Assembly (NCBI GenBank): GCA_903831805.1
Contig: CAIKZD010000009.1
Span: 72,786-136,785 of the forward strand
DNA length: 64,000 nt
From: an uncultured bacterium
GTDB taxonomy: Bacteria > Patescibacteriota > Minisyncoccia > Moranbacterales > UBA2206
Direction of reading: 5' to 3'
A program made the position numbers and the translations under genes. Within the stretch, counting starts at the first letter, position 1. Each line of letters opens with the position of its first letter. Below, piece after piece: positions 19,888 through 29,897 of this stretch. The notes under the pieces are model-generated. The model saw only the letters and a program-made list of their open reading frames with translations, searched no databases and was not told the origin of the DNA.

Positions 19888-20475
19888 TTAGTTTCTATTC
19901 ATAATGGCCGAGCTCAGCGTGAGCTCATCCGCGTATTCGATGTCGCCGCCAGTGGAGAGGCCGCGGGCGAGGCGGGTAATTTTGACGCCTAGCGGTTTAA
20001 TGGCTCTCGCGACATAAAGGGAAGTGGCATCACCTTCTGTGGTGGGGTTCATGGCCAAAATTACTTCTTCGGTTTTTTCTGATTGGATGCGTCTTTCCAA
20101 TTCTGCCAGGCGCAGCTGATTCTGATTGGTGTTTTTCAAGCCGGAAAGCGTCCCGCCCAGAACATGATAAAGGCCGGTATATTTCTTAGTTCTTTCCATG
20201 GCCACGATATCCAGCGGTTCTTCCACCACGCAAATTTTTTTCTGGTCGCGGCTTTTGTCAAGACAAATGATGCATAGATTGTCTTCACTGATGTTAGCAC
20301 AGCGCTCGCAAAGACATAGGTTAACCTTCAGCTTAGCCAGCGTTTCGCCAAAATCCGCCAAGGCAATTTTGTCTTGCTTGAAAAGATAGAGCACTAAGCG
20401 TTCCGCCATCTTCGGGCCGACTGATGGCAGGGAAGCGAAATAGTCGATTAACTTTTTAAAACTTTTTGGATACAT
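19888..20475 (-). CDS. recR: recombination protein RecR
   Basis: HhH motif region, C4 zinc finger CERCANISEDNLCIIC, Toprim domain. Confidence 0.95.
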   Translation of the reverse strand: MYPKSFKKLIDYFASLPSVGPKMAERLVLYLFKQDKIALADFGETLAKLKVNLCLCERCANISEDNLCIICLDKSRDQKKICVVEEPLDIVAMERTKKYTGLYHVLGGTLSGLKNTNQNQLRLAELERRIQSEKTEEVILAMNPTTEGDATSLYVARAIKPLGVKITRLARGLSTGGDIEYADELTLSSAIMNRN

Positions 20476-20615
20476 AGATTAATAAATATCAAATTTCAAA
20501 TGACAAATGACAAATAAATTTCAAAATCAAAATGTCAAAAATTATTTTAGGAATTGGAAATTTATCATTTCTAATTTATTTGAAATTTGATATTTGTAAT
20601 TTGGAATTTCGCTTT
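20476..20615. repeat. AT-rich palindromic repeat, family D (CAAAT/ATTTG-rich)
   Basis: AAATAAATTTCAAAATCAAAATGTCAAAAATT... palindromic; near-identical block at 46541-46660 and a related one at 36080-36175. Confidence 0.6.
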
Positions 20616-21992
20616 TTATTCCGTGTGGACTTTTTCCAGCGATTTAAAGGTGGTGGAGTTTTCGTTGAAATAGAGGGACATGCGGCCGACGGGGCCATTT
20701 CGGTGTTTAGCGATGTGGACTTCGACGATGTTTTTGTTGGGCGTGTCGGGTTTTTCGCGATCTTCGCGGTAGAGGAACATGACAATGTCGGCGTCCTGCT
20801 CGATGGAACCGGATTCGCGGAGATCAGACAGTTTCGGAATTTGCGGGCTGCGGGATTCCACAGAACGAGATAACTGGGACAAAGCAATGATGGGAATGTT
20901 GAGCTCGCGGGCTAATTGTTTCAAGGCGCGGGAAATTTCGGACACTTCGTTCACACGATTGTCACCTCCGCCGCCGCGGCGGCCTTCCATGAGTTGTAGA
21001 TAGTCAATAATGATCACGCCGACATTATGTTCGGATTGCAAGCGCCGCGCCATCGTGCGCATTTCCATCACGTTGGCGCTTCCTGCGTCATCGATGTAGA
21101 TCGGAGCTTCTGAAAGCACGCCCATGGCGTCCCCGATGCGTTGGAAGTCATTATCGCCGTCACCGGTCTTGAGGCGGCCGGTCCTAAGACGCCACAAATC
21201 CACCCCTGATTCCGCGGCCAACATCCTGTCGACCAACTGGTCGGAACCCATTTCTAAAGAGAAAATGCCGACGGGAATTTTTTCTTTGACGGCGATCTGG
21301 CGGGCAAAATCCAGCGCCAGAGTGGTTTTTCCGATGGAAGGGCGCGCCGCCAGAATGATCAAATCTGATTTTTGGAAGCCGGCCAGAATGCCGTCCAGAT
21401 CAGGATAACCTGACGGCACGCCGCGCAACTTATGGTCGCCCTTATGCAACTCATCGATGCGATTGAAAGCGGATTCCAAAATGGATTTGATCGGCACGAA
21501 ATCTTGCTTGATGAATTTTTGTGAAACAGCAAATAGTTTTTGTTCGGCTTCGTCCAGAATTTTTTCCACGTCCTCGCCTTCTTCATAACCCAGACTGACA
21601 ATTTCTGAAGCCGCCAAAATCAATTTGCGCAGAGTAGATTTTTTTTGCACCACTTTGGCGTAGTGCACGATGTTAGCACTGGACGGCACGCTGTTCACCA
21701 GTTCAGTCAGATAACTGGAACCACCCACAGCGTCCAGTTTGTTTTTTTCCTCCAAGCGATTGGACAGCGACAGCACATCAATTGGCTCGCGTTTTTCATA
21801 CAGCTCAATCATGGCTTCATAAATGAGATTGTGATCATCGCGATAGAAATCACCTTGGCGAATTAAGTTGGCAATCTTGATCACTGCATCCTTATCCAGC
21901 ATCAAAGACCCTAAAACTGATTTTTCAGCTTCGATGTTTTGTGGCGGGAGCTTGATATTTTCGTTAGAGTTTTTGGCCATAAAAGTTGTCAT
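20616..21992 (-). CDS. dnaB: replicative DNA helicase DnaB
   Basis: PPQNIEAEKSVLG N-terminal motif, Walker A GARPSIGKTT, DnaB C-terminal helicase motifs. Confidence 0.95.
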   Translation of the reverse strand: MTTFMAKNSNENIKLPPQNIEAEKSVLGSLMLDKDAVIKIANLIRQGDFYRDDHNLIYEAMIELYEKREPIDVLSLSNRLEEKNKLDAVGGSSYLTELVNSVPSSANIVHYAKVVQKKSTLRKLILAASEIVSLGYEEGEDVEKILDEAEQKLFAVSQKFIKQDFVPIKSILESAFNRIDELHKGDHKLRGVPSGYPDLDGILAGFQKSDLIILAARPSIGKTTLALDFARQIAVKEKIPVGIFSLEMGSDQLVDRMLAAESGVDLWRLRTGRLKTGDGDNDFQRIGDAMGVLSEAPIYIDDAGSANVMEMRTMARRLQSEHNVGVIIIDYLQLMEGRRGGGGDNRVNEVSEISRALKQLARELNIPIIALSQLSRSVESRSPQIPKLSDLRESGSIEQDADIVMFLYREDREKPDTPNKNIVEVHIAKHRNGPVGRMSLYFNENSTTFKSLEKVHTE

Positions 21993-22036
21993 TCCCGCCC
22001 CCGCTTTCGCGAGGATAAACTACGGCGGGAATCTAG
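21987..22036. repeat. family C MITE-like half element overlapping the dnaB start codon
   Basis: TGTCATTCCCGCC-loop-GGCGGGAATCTAG; the TIR TGTCAT on the minus strand supplies the annotated ATG of dnaB. Confidence 0.6.
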
Positions 22037-22125
22037 TCATATAGCTTCAGTAATTCTACAGTCCATGTATTATATCAGGCTGACGCAGATGGTCAACTTG
22101 CGCTTTTGCACAAGTTATCCTGGAA

Positions 22126-23127
22126 TTATGCACACAGAATTGTTTCGATTTCCTCCAAACTTTCCGCCATGACTAATTTTCTTCGCAGTTCTGAGGCACC
22201 CGGAAAACCCTTGACGTACCAGGCCAAGTGCTTTCTCATTTCGAATTTGCCAGTGTCGCCTTTGTCGGCATAAATTAATTTGGCGTGTTCAAGCATAATG
22301 TTTTTGATGTGGGAGAAATCATAGGCTTCTCCTGTAGAAACAAAACATGCGCCGTCATTGAGATGGGTATTTTTAATGCTATTAAAAATCCACGGCTGGC
22401 CCCAGGCGCCGCGGGCGATGCCGAGACCGTCGAGAGTCGGATAATCATGTAAAGCTCTCACACCATCGGCCGCAGAATTGATGCCGCCATTGGCCAAAAC
22501 AATTTTGTCCGGAATAATTTTTTTTATTTCTTCGACAATCCTGAAATCTACTTGGCCAGAAAAACCGCCTTCGTATGTCCGGCCATGCACCATGACAGCC
22601 GAATAGGGGAGGTCTTTGGTATTTTCGATAAATTCCAAGGCCGTCATATCCCTTAAACCAGCCCGGATCTTAATCGACACTGGCAAATCTGTGTTATCAC
22701 ACACGGCGGAAATGATTTCGCGCGCTAATTCCTTTTGCGGCATCAAGGCGCAACCACTGCCATGCCCGAAAACTTTTTTGGCCGGACAGCCAAAATTGAT
22801 ATCGAGCCCGTCAATTCGCAACCCCTCCCCAGCCCTCCCCTGAGTACAGGGGAGGGGGCGAGAAAGAATGCGTGTCGCCTTGGCAAAATGCTGCGGGTCT
22901 TTGCCAAAAAGCTGCACCACGTATGGTCGCTCGCTGGCATTGAATTTGACCAACTCTAAAGTTTTTTCCGGCTTAAAAAAAAGCGCGGAAACGCTGGCCA
23001 TTTCACTGTACACCACATCCGCCCCGTAGCGCCGACAAATTTCCCGGAAAGCGCTGTCCGTAATGCCGGCCATAGGAGCAAGAGCGAGAATAGGTTTATT
23101 GAGTTGAAACCAAAAATTATTTTTCAT
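22126..23127 (-). CDS. dus: tRNA-dihydrouridine synthase (contains in-frame 38-bp palindromic insertion)
   Basis: LAPMAGITD, DINFGCPAKKV and FMN-binding TIM-barrel motifs; the insertion encodes PLPCTQGRAGEGL. Confidence 0.9.
   Translation of the reverse strand: MKNNFWFQLNKPILALAPMAGITDSAFREICRRYGADVVYSEMASVSALFFKPEKTLELVKFNASERPYVVQLFGKDPQHFAKATRILSRPLPCTQGRAGEGLRIDGLDINFGCPAKKVFGHGSGCALMPQKELAREIISAVCDNTDLPVSIKIRAGLRDMTALEFIENTKDLPYSAVMVHGRTYEGGFSGQVDFRIVEEIKKIIPDKIVLANGGINSAADGVRALHDYPTLDGLGIARGAWGQPWIFNSIKNTHLNDGACFVSTGEAYDFSHIKNIMLEHAKLIYADKGDTGKFEMRKHLAWYVKGFPGASELRRKLVMAESLEEIETILCA
22822..22859. repeat. GC-rich palindromic element, family E, copy 1 (in-frame in dus)
   Basis: CCCCTCCCCAGCCCTCCCCTGAGTACAGGGGAGGGGG; reverse complement matches copies at 31373 and 31978. 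Confidence 0.85.
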
Positions 23128-23147
23128 GAAACAAAAACTCCCTCGAT

Positions 23148-23305
23148 GTCGTCATCCTGAGCGGAGTGATTCGCCGTTAAGGCGAAGAACGCAGTCGAAG
23201 GATCTGCGTTCCATTATTGCTAGTAATATTATATTCACAAAACCACTGGTAATACAAGGCAGATTCTTCGACTTCGCCCGAGTACGGACTTCGCTCAGAA
23301 TGACA
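23148..23305. mobile_element. MITE-like element, family A (about 157 bp, TGTCATCCTGAGCG...CGCTCAGAATGACA)
   Basis: Long imperfect palindrome with terminal inverted repeats; copies at 41119, 45638 and 55059. Confidence 0.85.
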
Positions 23306-23313
23306 GACTATTT

Positions 23314-23487
23314 TTATCCCAAAATCTTTATTCCTTCCTCCGTCTCTTCAATTTCATAGCCTAGCTCAGTGATAGCTTTTTTGAGCGAAGCGAGTTTTTC
23401 TTCGGTCGATTTGCAATCGTTTTCGCACGCACAATCTTCTTCTTTTTCATCATCACATCCACAATGATCGCAGCCACAGTGTCCCAT
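23314..23487 (-). CDS. 57-aa Cys-rich acidic small protein (MGHCGCDHCGCDDEKEEDCACENDCKS...), translationally coupled to cysS
   Basis: ATG at 23487 lies 1 nt after the cysS stop; 8 Cys in the first 26 residues, then an amphipathic helix; not in ORF track (<60 aa). Confidence 0.4.
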   Translation of the reverse strand: MGHCGCDHCGCDDEKEEDCACENDCKSTEEKLASLKKAITELGYEIEETEEGIKILG

Positions 23488-23488
23488 A

Positions 23489-24928
23489 TTATTTTTTGGT
23501 TATTTTATAATTATTATCTTTTAAATCTTCAATGGTATAGCCGGCTTTTTCGATGGTTGCGCGCAGCTCATCCGAAGCTTGGAAATCTTTATTGTGCCGG
23601 GCAGCTTTCCTTTCCTCAGCTAAAGCAACTACCTCTTCGGGAAGCGTTAAAATTTCTTCGCTCATAACTAAGCCCAAAACTTTATTGATCTTTTCCCAAA
23701 ACTTCAAAATATTTTCTGCCGTGGCGGCGCTCAAGTTTTCTTCAGATAAAAATTTATTCGTTTCGCTGATGAGTTCGTATATGACCGCCAAAGCCAGAGG
23801 AGTGTTAAGGTCGTCGTCCATAGCTTCTTCAAAACGTCTTTCGTAGATGTGGACGAAATCAATTTCATCTCCTGTAGAGATGCGATTAATCGCATCTCTA
23901 CTTTGAATATTTTTCAAATTAGCTACCCAAGCGGAAATTTTTTGCAGGTTACTTTTGGCTTGTTCTAGAGCACTTGGCGTATAATCCATAACGCTGCGGT
24001 AATGAGAACTCAAAATCCAGAGCCGCATGACCATTGGGTCATATCTTTGCAAAATATCTTTGATGCTCGTGTGGTTGTTTTTAGATTTAGACATCTTGCT
24101 GCCATCAATATTCACCATACTCCAAAGCAGCCAATAATTAGCCATTTTTTTACCTAAGTAAGCTTCGCTTTGCGCCACTTCGTTTTCATTATGAGGAAAA
24201 ATATTTTCATTGCCACCTCCATGTATATCGAAAGTATCTTGCCCGAGCAAGTCATATGACATAACCGAACATTCGATATGCCAGCCAGGATAACCCACGC
24301 TCCAAGGGCTTGGCCATTTCAGAAGGTGATTTTGATCAGCCTTGATCCAAAGGGCGAAATCCAATGGATTCTTCTTTTCCGGATTTATTTCTACCCGTGC
24401 GCCAGACTCCAGTTCATCTGTTTTTCTGCCTGAAAGTTTTCCGTATGCAGGAAATTTTTCTACCGAAAAATATACCGAGCCGTTCGATTCATAAGCAAAT
24501 TCTTTTTCAATTAATTTCTCGACAAAATTGATTATTTGCGTGATGTACTGAGTCGGTCGAGGATTGAAGATGGCTGGCTTGATATTGAGCGCCTGGAAAT
24601 CTTCTTCGGCTGACTCGATATATTTCTCAACCACTTCCATCGGGTCGATTCTTTCTGCCTGGGCTTTTTTTTGAATTTTATCTTCGCCAATTTCGCCGTC
24701 ATCAACCAAATGTCCAACATCGGTGTAGTTCATGATGTAGCGCACTTCATAACCGGAATATTCCAAATATCGTCTAATCACATCCATAGAAACATAGCCA
24801 CGGCCATGCCCTAGATGACAATGATCGTAGACCGTTGGACCACAAACATACATCCCGACTTTACCAGGATTGATCGGTTTGAATTCTTCTTTAGTTTTAG
24901 TGAGGGTGTTATATAGTTTTAAAACCAT
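23489..24928 (-). CDS. cysS: cysteinyl-tRNA synthetase
   Basis: HLGHGRGY (HIGH-like) and KMSKSKNN (KMSKS) motifs; class I aaRS architecture. Confidence 0.95.
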   Translation of the reverse strand: MVLKLYNTLTKTKEEFKPINPGKVGMYVCGPTVYDHCHLGHGRGYVSMDVIRRYLEYSGYEVRYIMNYTDVGHLVDDGEIGEDKIQKKAQAERIDPMEVVEKYIESAEEDFQALNIKPAIFNPRPTQYITQIINFVEKLIEKEFAYESNGSVYFSVEKFPAYGKLSGRKTDELESGARVEINPEKKNPLDFALWIKADQNHLLKWPSPWSVGYPGWHIECSVMSYDLLGQDTFDIHGGGNENIFPHNENEVAQSEAYLGKKMANYWLLWSMVNIDGSKMSKSKNNHTSIKDILQRYDPMVMRLWILSSHYRSVMDYTPSALEQAKSNLQKISAWVANLKNIQSRDAINRISTGDEIDFVHIYERRFEEAMDDDLNTPLALAVIYELISETNKFLSEENLSAATAENILKFWEKINKVLGLVMSEEILTLPEEVVALAEERKAARHNKDFQASDELRATIEKAGYTIEDLKDNNYKITKK

Positions 24929-25827
24929 TTTTTTGCTTTAAACAAAATTATCGTGATAACAGCAATAAAGAGCATGATGCCGATATGGATCCAGAAAGCC
25001 GACGGGTGAGTGTGGAAGGGGATATCGGTGCTCATGGACATGATGTTGGAATAGACGGTGAGCGGTAGGAGGATGGCCGAGAAAAGCGTGAGCACTTTCA
25101 TGGTCATGTCCAGCTTGTTGGAGAGCAAGGAATTATTGGTCGCTTCCAAGGATTCAATAGTTTCTTTGGCGGATTCCAGGTTGTTCCAGATGCGGATGTT
25201 AGTGCCGATAAGATCTTGGAAATAGGGCTTGAGTTCCGGTTCGATCAGGCGAAAATCTTTTTGCGCCAAGGATTCTAGGACGGAACGTTGCGGCTTCATG
25301 GTGCGGCGGAAATTCAAAATGTCCCGTTTGACCAGTGAAATTTCAAACACCATCTCTTTTTCATGGTCGGCAAAAATTTCCGTTTCAATGTAGTCCAGTT
25401 TCTCCGAGACATGATCCAATTTGGGAAAACAAGTCTCCAAAAGCATCTCCACGATGAAGCGCATCAGCGCACCGGGGGAACTGGCCATATACAATTCTCG
25501 CTTGGATTTATCATTCGCCAGCTCATTGAAGAAATCCGTCAATTGAAAAATATCTTTGTCATGCGAAGTGATGAGGACGTTCTCGCAAATCACGATATCA
25601 ATTTCAGCGGCGTAGGTCGTTTTGATCTTTGTATCAAAGAGGGGAATGTGGATGGACATGAAAAGACAGTTGTCATATTGCGCGGCTTTGGGGCGCAAAG
25701 TCGGGGTGGAAAACTCTTCAATAATGAGCGGATGGATCTTGTATTTTTCTTGGATAGTGAGAACATCCTCGGCGTTGGGTTCCTTGAAATAATGCCAGAC
25801 TAATTTTTTGTGTTGGACGGTTTGCAT
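24919..25827 (-). CDS. CorA-like divalent metal ion transporter (degenerate GMN motif)
   Basis: Cytoplasmic alpha/beta domain plus two C-terminal TM helices; the segment YSNIMSMST replaces the canonical YGMNF. Confidence 0.55.
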   Translation of the reverse strand: MQTVQHKKLVWHYFKEPNAEDVLTIQEKYKIHPLIIEEFSTPTLRPKAAQYDNCLFMSIHIPLFDTKIKTTYAAEIDIVICENVLITSHDKDIFQLTDFFNELANDKSKRELYMASSPGALMRFIVEMLLETCFPKLDHVSEKLDYIETEIFADHEKEMVFEISLVKRDILNFRRTMKPQRSVLESLAQKDFRLIEPELKPYFQDLIGTNIRIWNNLESAKETIESLEATNNSLLSNKLDMTMKVLTLFSAILLPLTVYSNIMSMSTDIPFHTHPSAFWIHIGIMLFIAVITIILFKAKKWF

Positions 25828-25909
25828 AGAATTTTTGTTAATAGATGGTTATATTGTAGCAGTAAAAAACATAATTGACAAAAGGTGTTTTTTTCGCTAA
25901 AATGTATAG

Positions 25910-26152
25910 ATGAAAAGAATTGTATTGTTTTTGATAAGAACCTATCAACGGACCCTTTCCCTTGATCATGGTTGGCTATCTTACATCACCTCGGAACGTT
26001 TTTGCCGTTTTCATCCCAGTTGTAGCCAATATTCCTATGAAGCAATTGAAAGATTCGGAGTGATAAAGGGTGGCTGGCTCGGTTTGAGGCGAGTGGCCCG
26101 TTGCCATCCGTGGAACGAAGGAGGATATGATCCGGTAATAACAAAGAAATAG
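25910..26152 (+). CDS. yidD: membrane protein insertion efficiency factor YidD
   Basis: YQRTLS...[19 protein letters not shown]...[12 protein letters not shown]. Confidence 0.9.
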   Translation: MKRIVLFLIRTYQRTLSLDHGWLSYITSERFCRFHPSCSQYSYEAIERFGVIKGGWLGLRRVARCHPWNEGGYDPVITKK

Positions 26153-26155
26153 ATT

Positions 26156-27109
26156 ATGTTAACAGATGAAGCGAAAATTAAAATTCAAGCCGGTAAAGGC
26201 GGGGACGGCATTGTGGCCTTTGATAAGGTGATGATGAGTCTCGGGCCCACAGGCGGCCGCGGGGGGAACGGCGGCAGTGTTTATTTCGAAGGTGTTTCGG
26301 ACGTTTTTGCTTTGAACAAATATCGTCATATGAAAGAGCACTATGCGCCGGATGGAAAAAATGGTCGGGGTAATCGTTCGGACGGACCAAATGGTCCCGA
26401 TCTCATCCTCACCGTGCCGGTCGGTACGGTTTTACACGATGTGAATAGTGATAGAAGCCGTGAAATTACTGAAGTAGGTCAAAAGATTTTGGCGGCCAAG
26501 GGTGGCATCGGTGGACGCGGCAATTTCTTTTTTCGCAGTGGTTCGGTCACCAGCCCGACGAAATTCGAATTGGGGAAACCAGGCGAGACATTAGAACTAT
26601 CCATAGAATTGCGCCTGATTGCGGACGTCGGACTAATTGGTCTGCCGAGTGCCGGAAAATCCAGTTTGCTTAATGAATTGACAGCCGCTAACGCCAAAGT
26701 AGCTGCCTACCACTTCACGACCTTGGAGCCGAATTTGGGCGTCATGGATGGTATTATTTTAGCGGATATTCCAGGCTTGATTGAGGGTGCCTCAGCTGGG
26801 CGAGGACTGGGGATAAAATTTTTGCGCCATATCCAACGGACTAAGGTGTTGCTGCATTGCCTCTCTTTGGAGTCTGATGATTTGACCCGTGATTATAATG
26901 TTATTCGCCAAGAACTGGCCAGTTATGATCCGAAACTTATCGAGAAAAAAGAGTTGGTCATTCTGACAAAAAATGACTTAGTTCCCGAAAAAGAATTGAA
27001 AAAACGGATAAAGCAATTGAAAATTAAGAGCGAGATTGTGACTGTCTCAATTCACAACTTGGAAGATCTGGAAAAACTCAAGCAAAAAATCTTCACATTA
27101 TTGCAATAA
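26156..27109 (+). CDS. obg: GTPase Obg
   Basis: Gly-rich Obg fold (GKGGDG, GGRGGNGG); G1 GLPSAGKSSLL, G3 DIPGLIEGA. Confidence 0.95.
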   Translation: MLTDEAKIKIQAGKGGDGIVAFDKVMMSLGPTGGRGGNGGSVYFEGVSDVFALNKYRHMKEHYAPDGKNGRGNRSDGPNGPDLILTVPVGTVLHDVNSDRSREITEVGQKILAAKGGIGGRGNFFFRSGSVTSPTKFELGKPGETLELSIELRLIADVGLIGLPSAGKSSLLNELTAANAKVAAYHFTTLEPNLGVMDGIILADIPGLIEGASAGRGLGIKFLRHIQRTKVLLHCLSLESDDLTRDYNVIRQELASYDPKLIEKKELVILTKNDLVPEKELKKRIKQLKIKSEIVTVSIHNLEDLEKLKQKIFTLLQ

Positions 27110-27120
27110 AAAATATTCTC

Positions 27121-27351
27121 ATGCCTAAGGAAAAAATGGAAATCATCATAATCGTACTGGCACTTCTCTGGACCATTCCTTGGAAAGGGGTAGCGCTGTG
27201 GAAAGCCGCTCAGAATAAACATAAGCTGTGGTTTATTTTGATCCTGCTGGTGAACACCCTAGCTATCCTAGAGATAGTTTATATCTTGGCTTTCTCAAAA
27301 AAACCACAGGAAGAAAATCAACCCATGGTCAGATTCAAAAGAATTGTCTAG
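27121..27351 (+). CDS. small two-TM membrane protein, hypothetical
   Basis: 76 aa with two hydrophobic helices. Confidence 0.4.
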   Translation: MPKEKMEIIIIVLALLWTIPWKGVALWKAAQNKHKLWFILILLVNTLAILEIVYILAFSKKPQEENQPMVRFKRIV

Positions 27352-27369
27352 TTTGCAAAACTCAAGCGT

Positions 27370-28044
27370 ATGTATTGGTTTTTTTTGATTATTTTTATAA
27401 TAACCGTGCTGGTGCCGGATTTGATAACCGGCAATGTTTGGTTTTTGTCAGAAAAGCGCGCGGAAGAAATTGCTATCTTCCTGATGGGTGCGCTAATTTT
27501 TACCATCATTCTAAAAAGTGAACAGCAGATACTTTTCCATAAAAAAGAAAAAGAAAAAGATGAAAAAAGGATCCAGCAGACCGTGAAAGACTTAGTGGAG
27601 TCGTATAGCTATATCGGGGAAGTAAACAGAAAAATGGACATCTTGATGGGCACAGCCTTGGGATTGTCCGATCGCTCAATCCTAAGTAAGACCCATGAAG
27701 ATGAGACTTATAGCTCCATCATTAACGCCACCAATTCTTTGCTCAAAGCTGAATTTACTTCGCTTAAATTTGTGGACATCGAAACAGTTAGGACCAAAAA
27801 AGAATTTCTCCCTGACGAAGGCGAACCGGTGAAAAATGAAACATTGATTGCCATGGAAGAAAATGTCAACGTCAAGAAAGCACAGGAATATTTAATCATC
27901 TCTTCCAGTCAGACCGTTAAGGGGGTCAAGAGCTATTTGATCATTCATGGTTATGATCCTGAAGAGGAAGGCAATCAAAAGAATATTGAGATTCTGAAAG
28001 TTTTCGCCTCGCAAGCCCTTTTTCTCTATTCTTACACCAACTAA
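27370..28044 (+). CDS. membrane-anchored hypothetical protein
   Basis: 224 aa, N-terminal TM helices, charged coiled-coil-like middle. Confidence 0.45.
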   Translation: MYWFFLIIFIITVLVPDLITGNVWFLSEKRAEEIAIFLMGALIFTIILKSEQQILFHKKEKEKDEKRIQQTVKDLVESYSYIGEVNRKMDILMGTALGLSDRSILSKTHEDETYSSIINATNSLLKAEFTSLKFVDIETVRTKKEFLPDEGEPVKNETLIAMEENVNVKKAQEYLIISSSQTVKGVKSYLIIHGYDPEEEGNQKNIEILKVFASQALFLYSYTN

Positions 28045-28075
28045 CACTTCGGCGGGTAACTAGATGCAGGCGCGA

Positions 28076-28915
28076 TTATTTAGAAGGGACTATCTCAAAA
28101 CCCTTCTGCTGCCAAGTCTTCAATCCGTCTGATAGGGCGTACACATTCAGGATGCCTGCATCAAAAAGCCTGACGGCACCTTGGAAGGCACCGAGGCCGG
28201 TATTATCATAGAAAACAATTTTGGCGCCGGAAGGAATTTCATGCCGGCGGCTTTCAAGGTCATCCAGGGGGATGTTGACCGCGTTTACGATATGGCCACG
28301 CTGATATTCGGAGGCACTGCGAGTGTCGACTATATACGGAGGCTTGGTGCTGGTCAATTCTCCTTTCAGGTCATCGCTGGTGACGAACGAAACTTTGGCT
28401 CTGTCAGGCAAGGAAGCCGGGTTGCCGATATTAATGGTCGGTTCATATTCATTTTTCCACTGTGTCAGGCCACCTTCCAAGTAGGCCGTCTTCATGAGGC
28501 CATTATCCTTGAAAAATTTCATGGCTTGGATTTCGTTAGGTGTCAGGCCGAAATCATCCACAAAGAAATATTCCCTGTCTTTTTCGAGGCTGGAGATTTT
28601 TTGTGTCAATCCGTCGAGCGAAAAGTTTTTGGAATCCAAGATATGCTCCGTCTTGAAACTGCCGGGATCGCGCGCGTCCAGGATGGTCATTTTTTCTTTG
28701 GCCTGGATTTTTTTAGCCAGATCGGTGGCGGTAATGCTGGAGAAATTGTTCAACTCTTGCTTAGCTGTTTCATTGGTCTTGTCCGCCAACTCAGTGGCGT
28801 TCTTTTGATCGAAAAAATGAAACTTCAAAAAAAATATAGCACTTATGACTAGGATGAAGGAAAAGCCGAATATGACAGTCGTCAGATCACTTTTATTTTT
28901 ATTTTTTTCAAGCAT
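28076..28915 (-). CDS. membrane-anchored tandem rhodanese-domain protein
   Basis: N-terminal TM helix; two rhodanese-like modules (ILDARDPGSFKTEHILDSKN; IVDTRSASEYQRGHIVNAVNIP...FYDNTG). Confidence 0.7.
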   Translation of the reverse strand: MLEKNKNKSDLTTVIFGFSFILVISAIFFLKFHFFDQKNATELADKTNETAKQELNNFSSITATDLAKKIQAKEKMTILDARDPGSFKTEHILDSKNFSLDGLTQKISSLEKDREYFFVDDFGLTPNEIQAMKFFKDNGLMKTAYLEGGLTQWKNEYEPTINIGNPASLPDRAKVSFVTSDDLKGELTSTKPPYIVDTRSASEYQRGHIVNAVNIPLDDLESRRHEIPSGAKIVFYDNTGLGAFQGAVRLFDAGILNVYALSDGLKTWQQKGFEIVPSK

Positions 28916-28920
28916 TTAAT

Positions 28921-29880
28921 TTATTTCAAAATACTGCCGATAAATTCCGGATAGCCATTCACAAAATCTTTCACCGCTACTCGAGATTTTCCTTCCAACT
29001 GGACTTCCTCAAGAATGATGGCGCCTTCCCCGGTCATTACTCCGATAGCTTCATCCGATCTGAAAACTTCTCCAATCTTATGCTTAGAGGTTAGCATATT
29101 TTCCAGTAGGGATATTTGATGTAATTTCAATCTCAGATTAGTGCCGTCTTTCTCCAGGTAAGTGAAAATGCCCGGCCAAGGGTTGAAAGCGCGGGCGCGA
29201 TTATAGATAGCGGTGGCGCTATCAGTCCAAATAATTTTTCCATCGGAACGCTCGATCAACTGACAATTTGTGGCTTGCGAATCATCTTGCGCGCGCGGCG
29301 AAATTTTTCTTTCCACCCAGAGCGGAAGAGTTTTGAGCAGCAGCTCGGCCGATATGTCCGCCGCCCTTTTCAGAATTTCCGGATAACTTTCTTCCGAATC
29401 AATGAAGACTTTTTCTTGGAATAGGATATCTCCCGTGTCAACCCCTTCATTCATCAGCATAATAGTCGTGCCGGTCACGTCCTCTCCTTCCAAAATGGCG
29501 TTTTGCAAAGGAGATGGGCCGCGATATTTCGGCAAGAGAGACGGGTGGACATTGAGCGCTCCAAAGCCCGGAATTTCCAGTACTTTTTTGGGTAAGATCT
29601 TGCCATAAGCGGCCACGATAATGATGTCCGGCTCCTGTTTTTGCAGCGCTTGGATCGCTTCTTCATCCAATTTTTCCGGCTCAAAAATGGGCAAAGAATT
29701 TTTTTCAGCAATCATTTTGACGGCCGATTTTTCCACTTCTTTCTTGCCCGCATTTTTTTTGCCCCCGCCGGTATAGACGGAAATTATATTATAATTGTTT
29801 TTCACTAGAGCACTTAGGATATCCGCCGCAAATGGCGATGTTCCCATAAAAATTGTCTTCAGCTTGATTGGATCTGGCAT
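28921..29880 (-). CDS. fmt: methionyl-tRNA formyltransferase
   Basis: Formyl-transferase N-domain (IFMGTSPFAA, HPSLLPKYRG) plus C-terminal domain. Confidence 0.95.
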   Translation of the reverse strand: MPDPIKLKTIFMGTSPFAADILSALVKNNYNIISVYTGGGKKNAGKKEVEKSAVKMIAEKNSLPIFEPEKLDEEAIQALQKQEPDIIIVAAYGKILPKKVLEIPGFGALNVHPSLLPKYRGPSPLQNAILEGEDVTGTTIMLMNEGVDTGDILFQEKVFIDSEESYPEILKRAADISAELLLKTLPLWVERKISPRAQDDSQATNCQLIERSDGKIIWTDSATAIYNRARAFNPWPGIFTYLEKDGTNLRLKLHQISLLENMLTSKHKIGEVFRSDEAIGVMTGEGAIILEEVQLEGKSRVAVKDFVNGYPEFIGSILK

Positions 29881-29897
29881 AAAAATGTTTTTAGTTA

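Noticed and set aside
20476-20615. Possible CRISPR array (short AT-rich direct repeats)
   Set aside because: The repeats are irregular CAAAT/ATTTG units arranged palindromically with no repeat-spacer periodicity and no cas genes, so they form a MITE-like AT-rich element instead.
28181-28852. 223-aa ORF on + strand
   Set aside because: It is antisense to the rhodanese gene.
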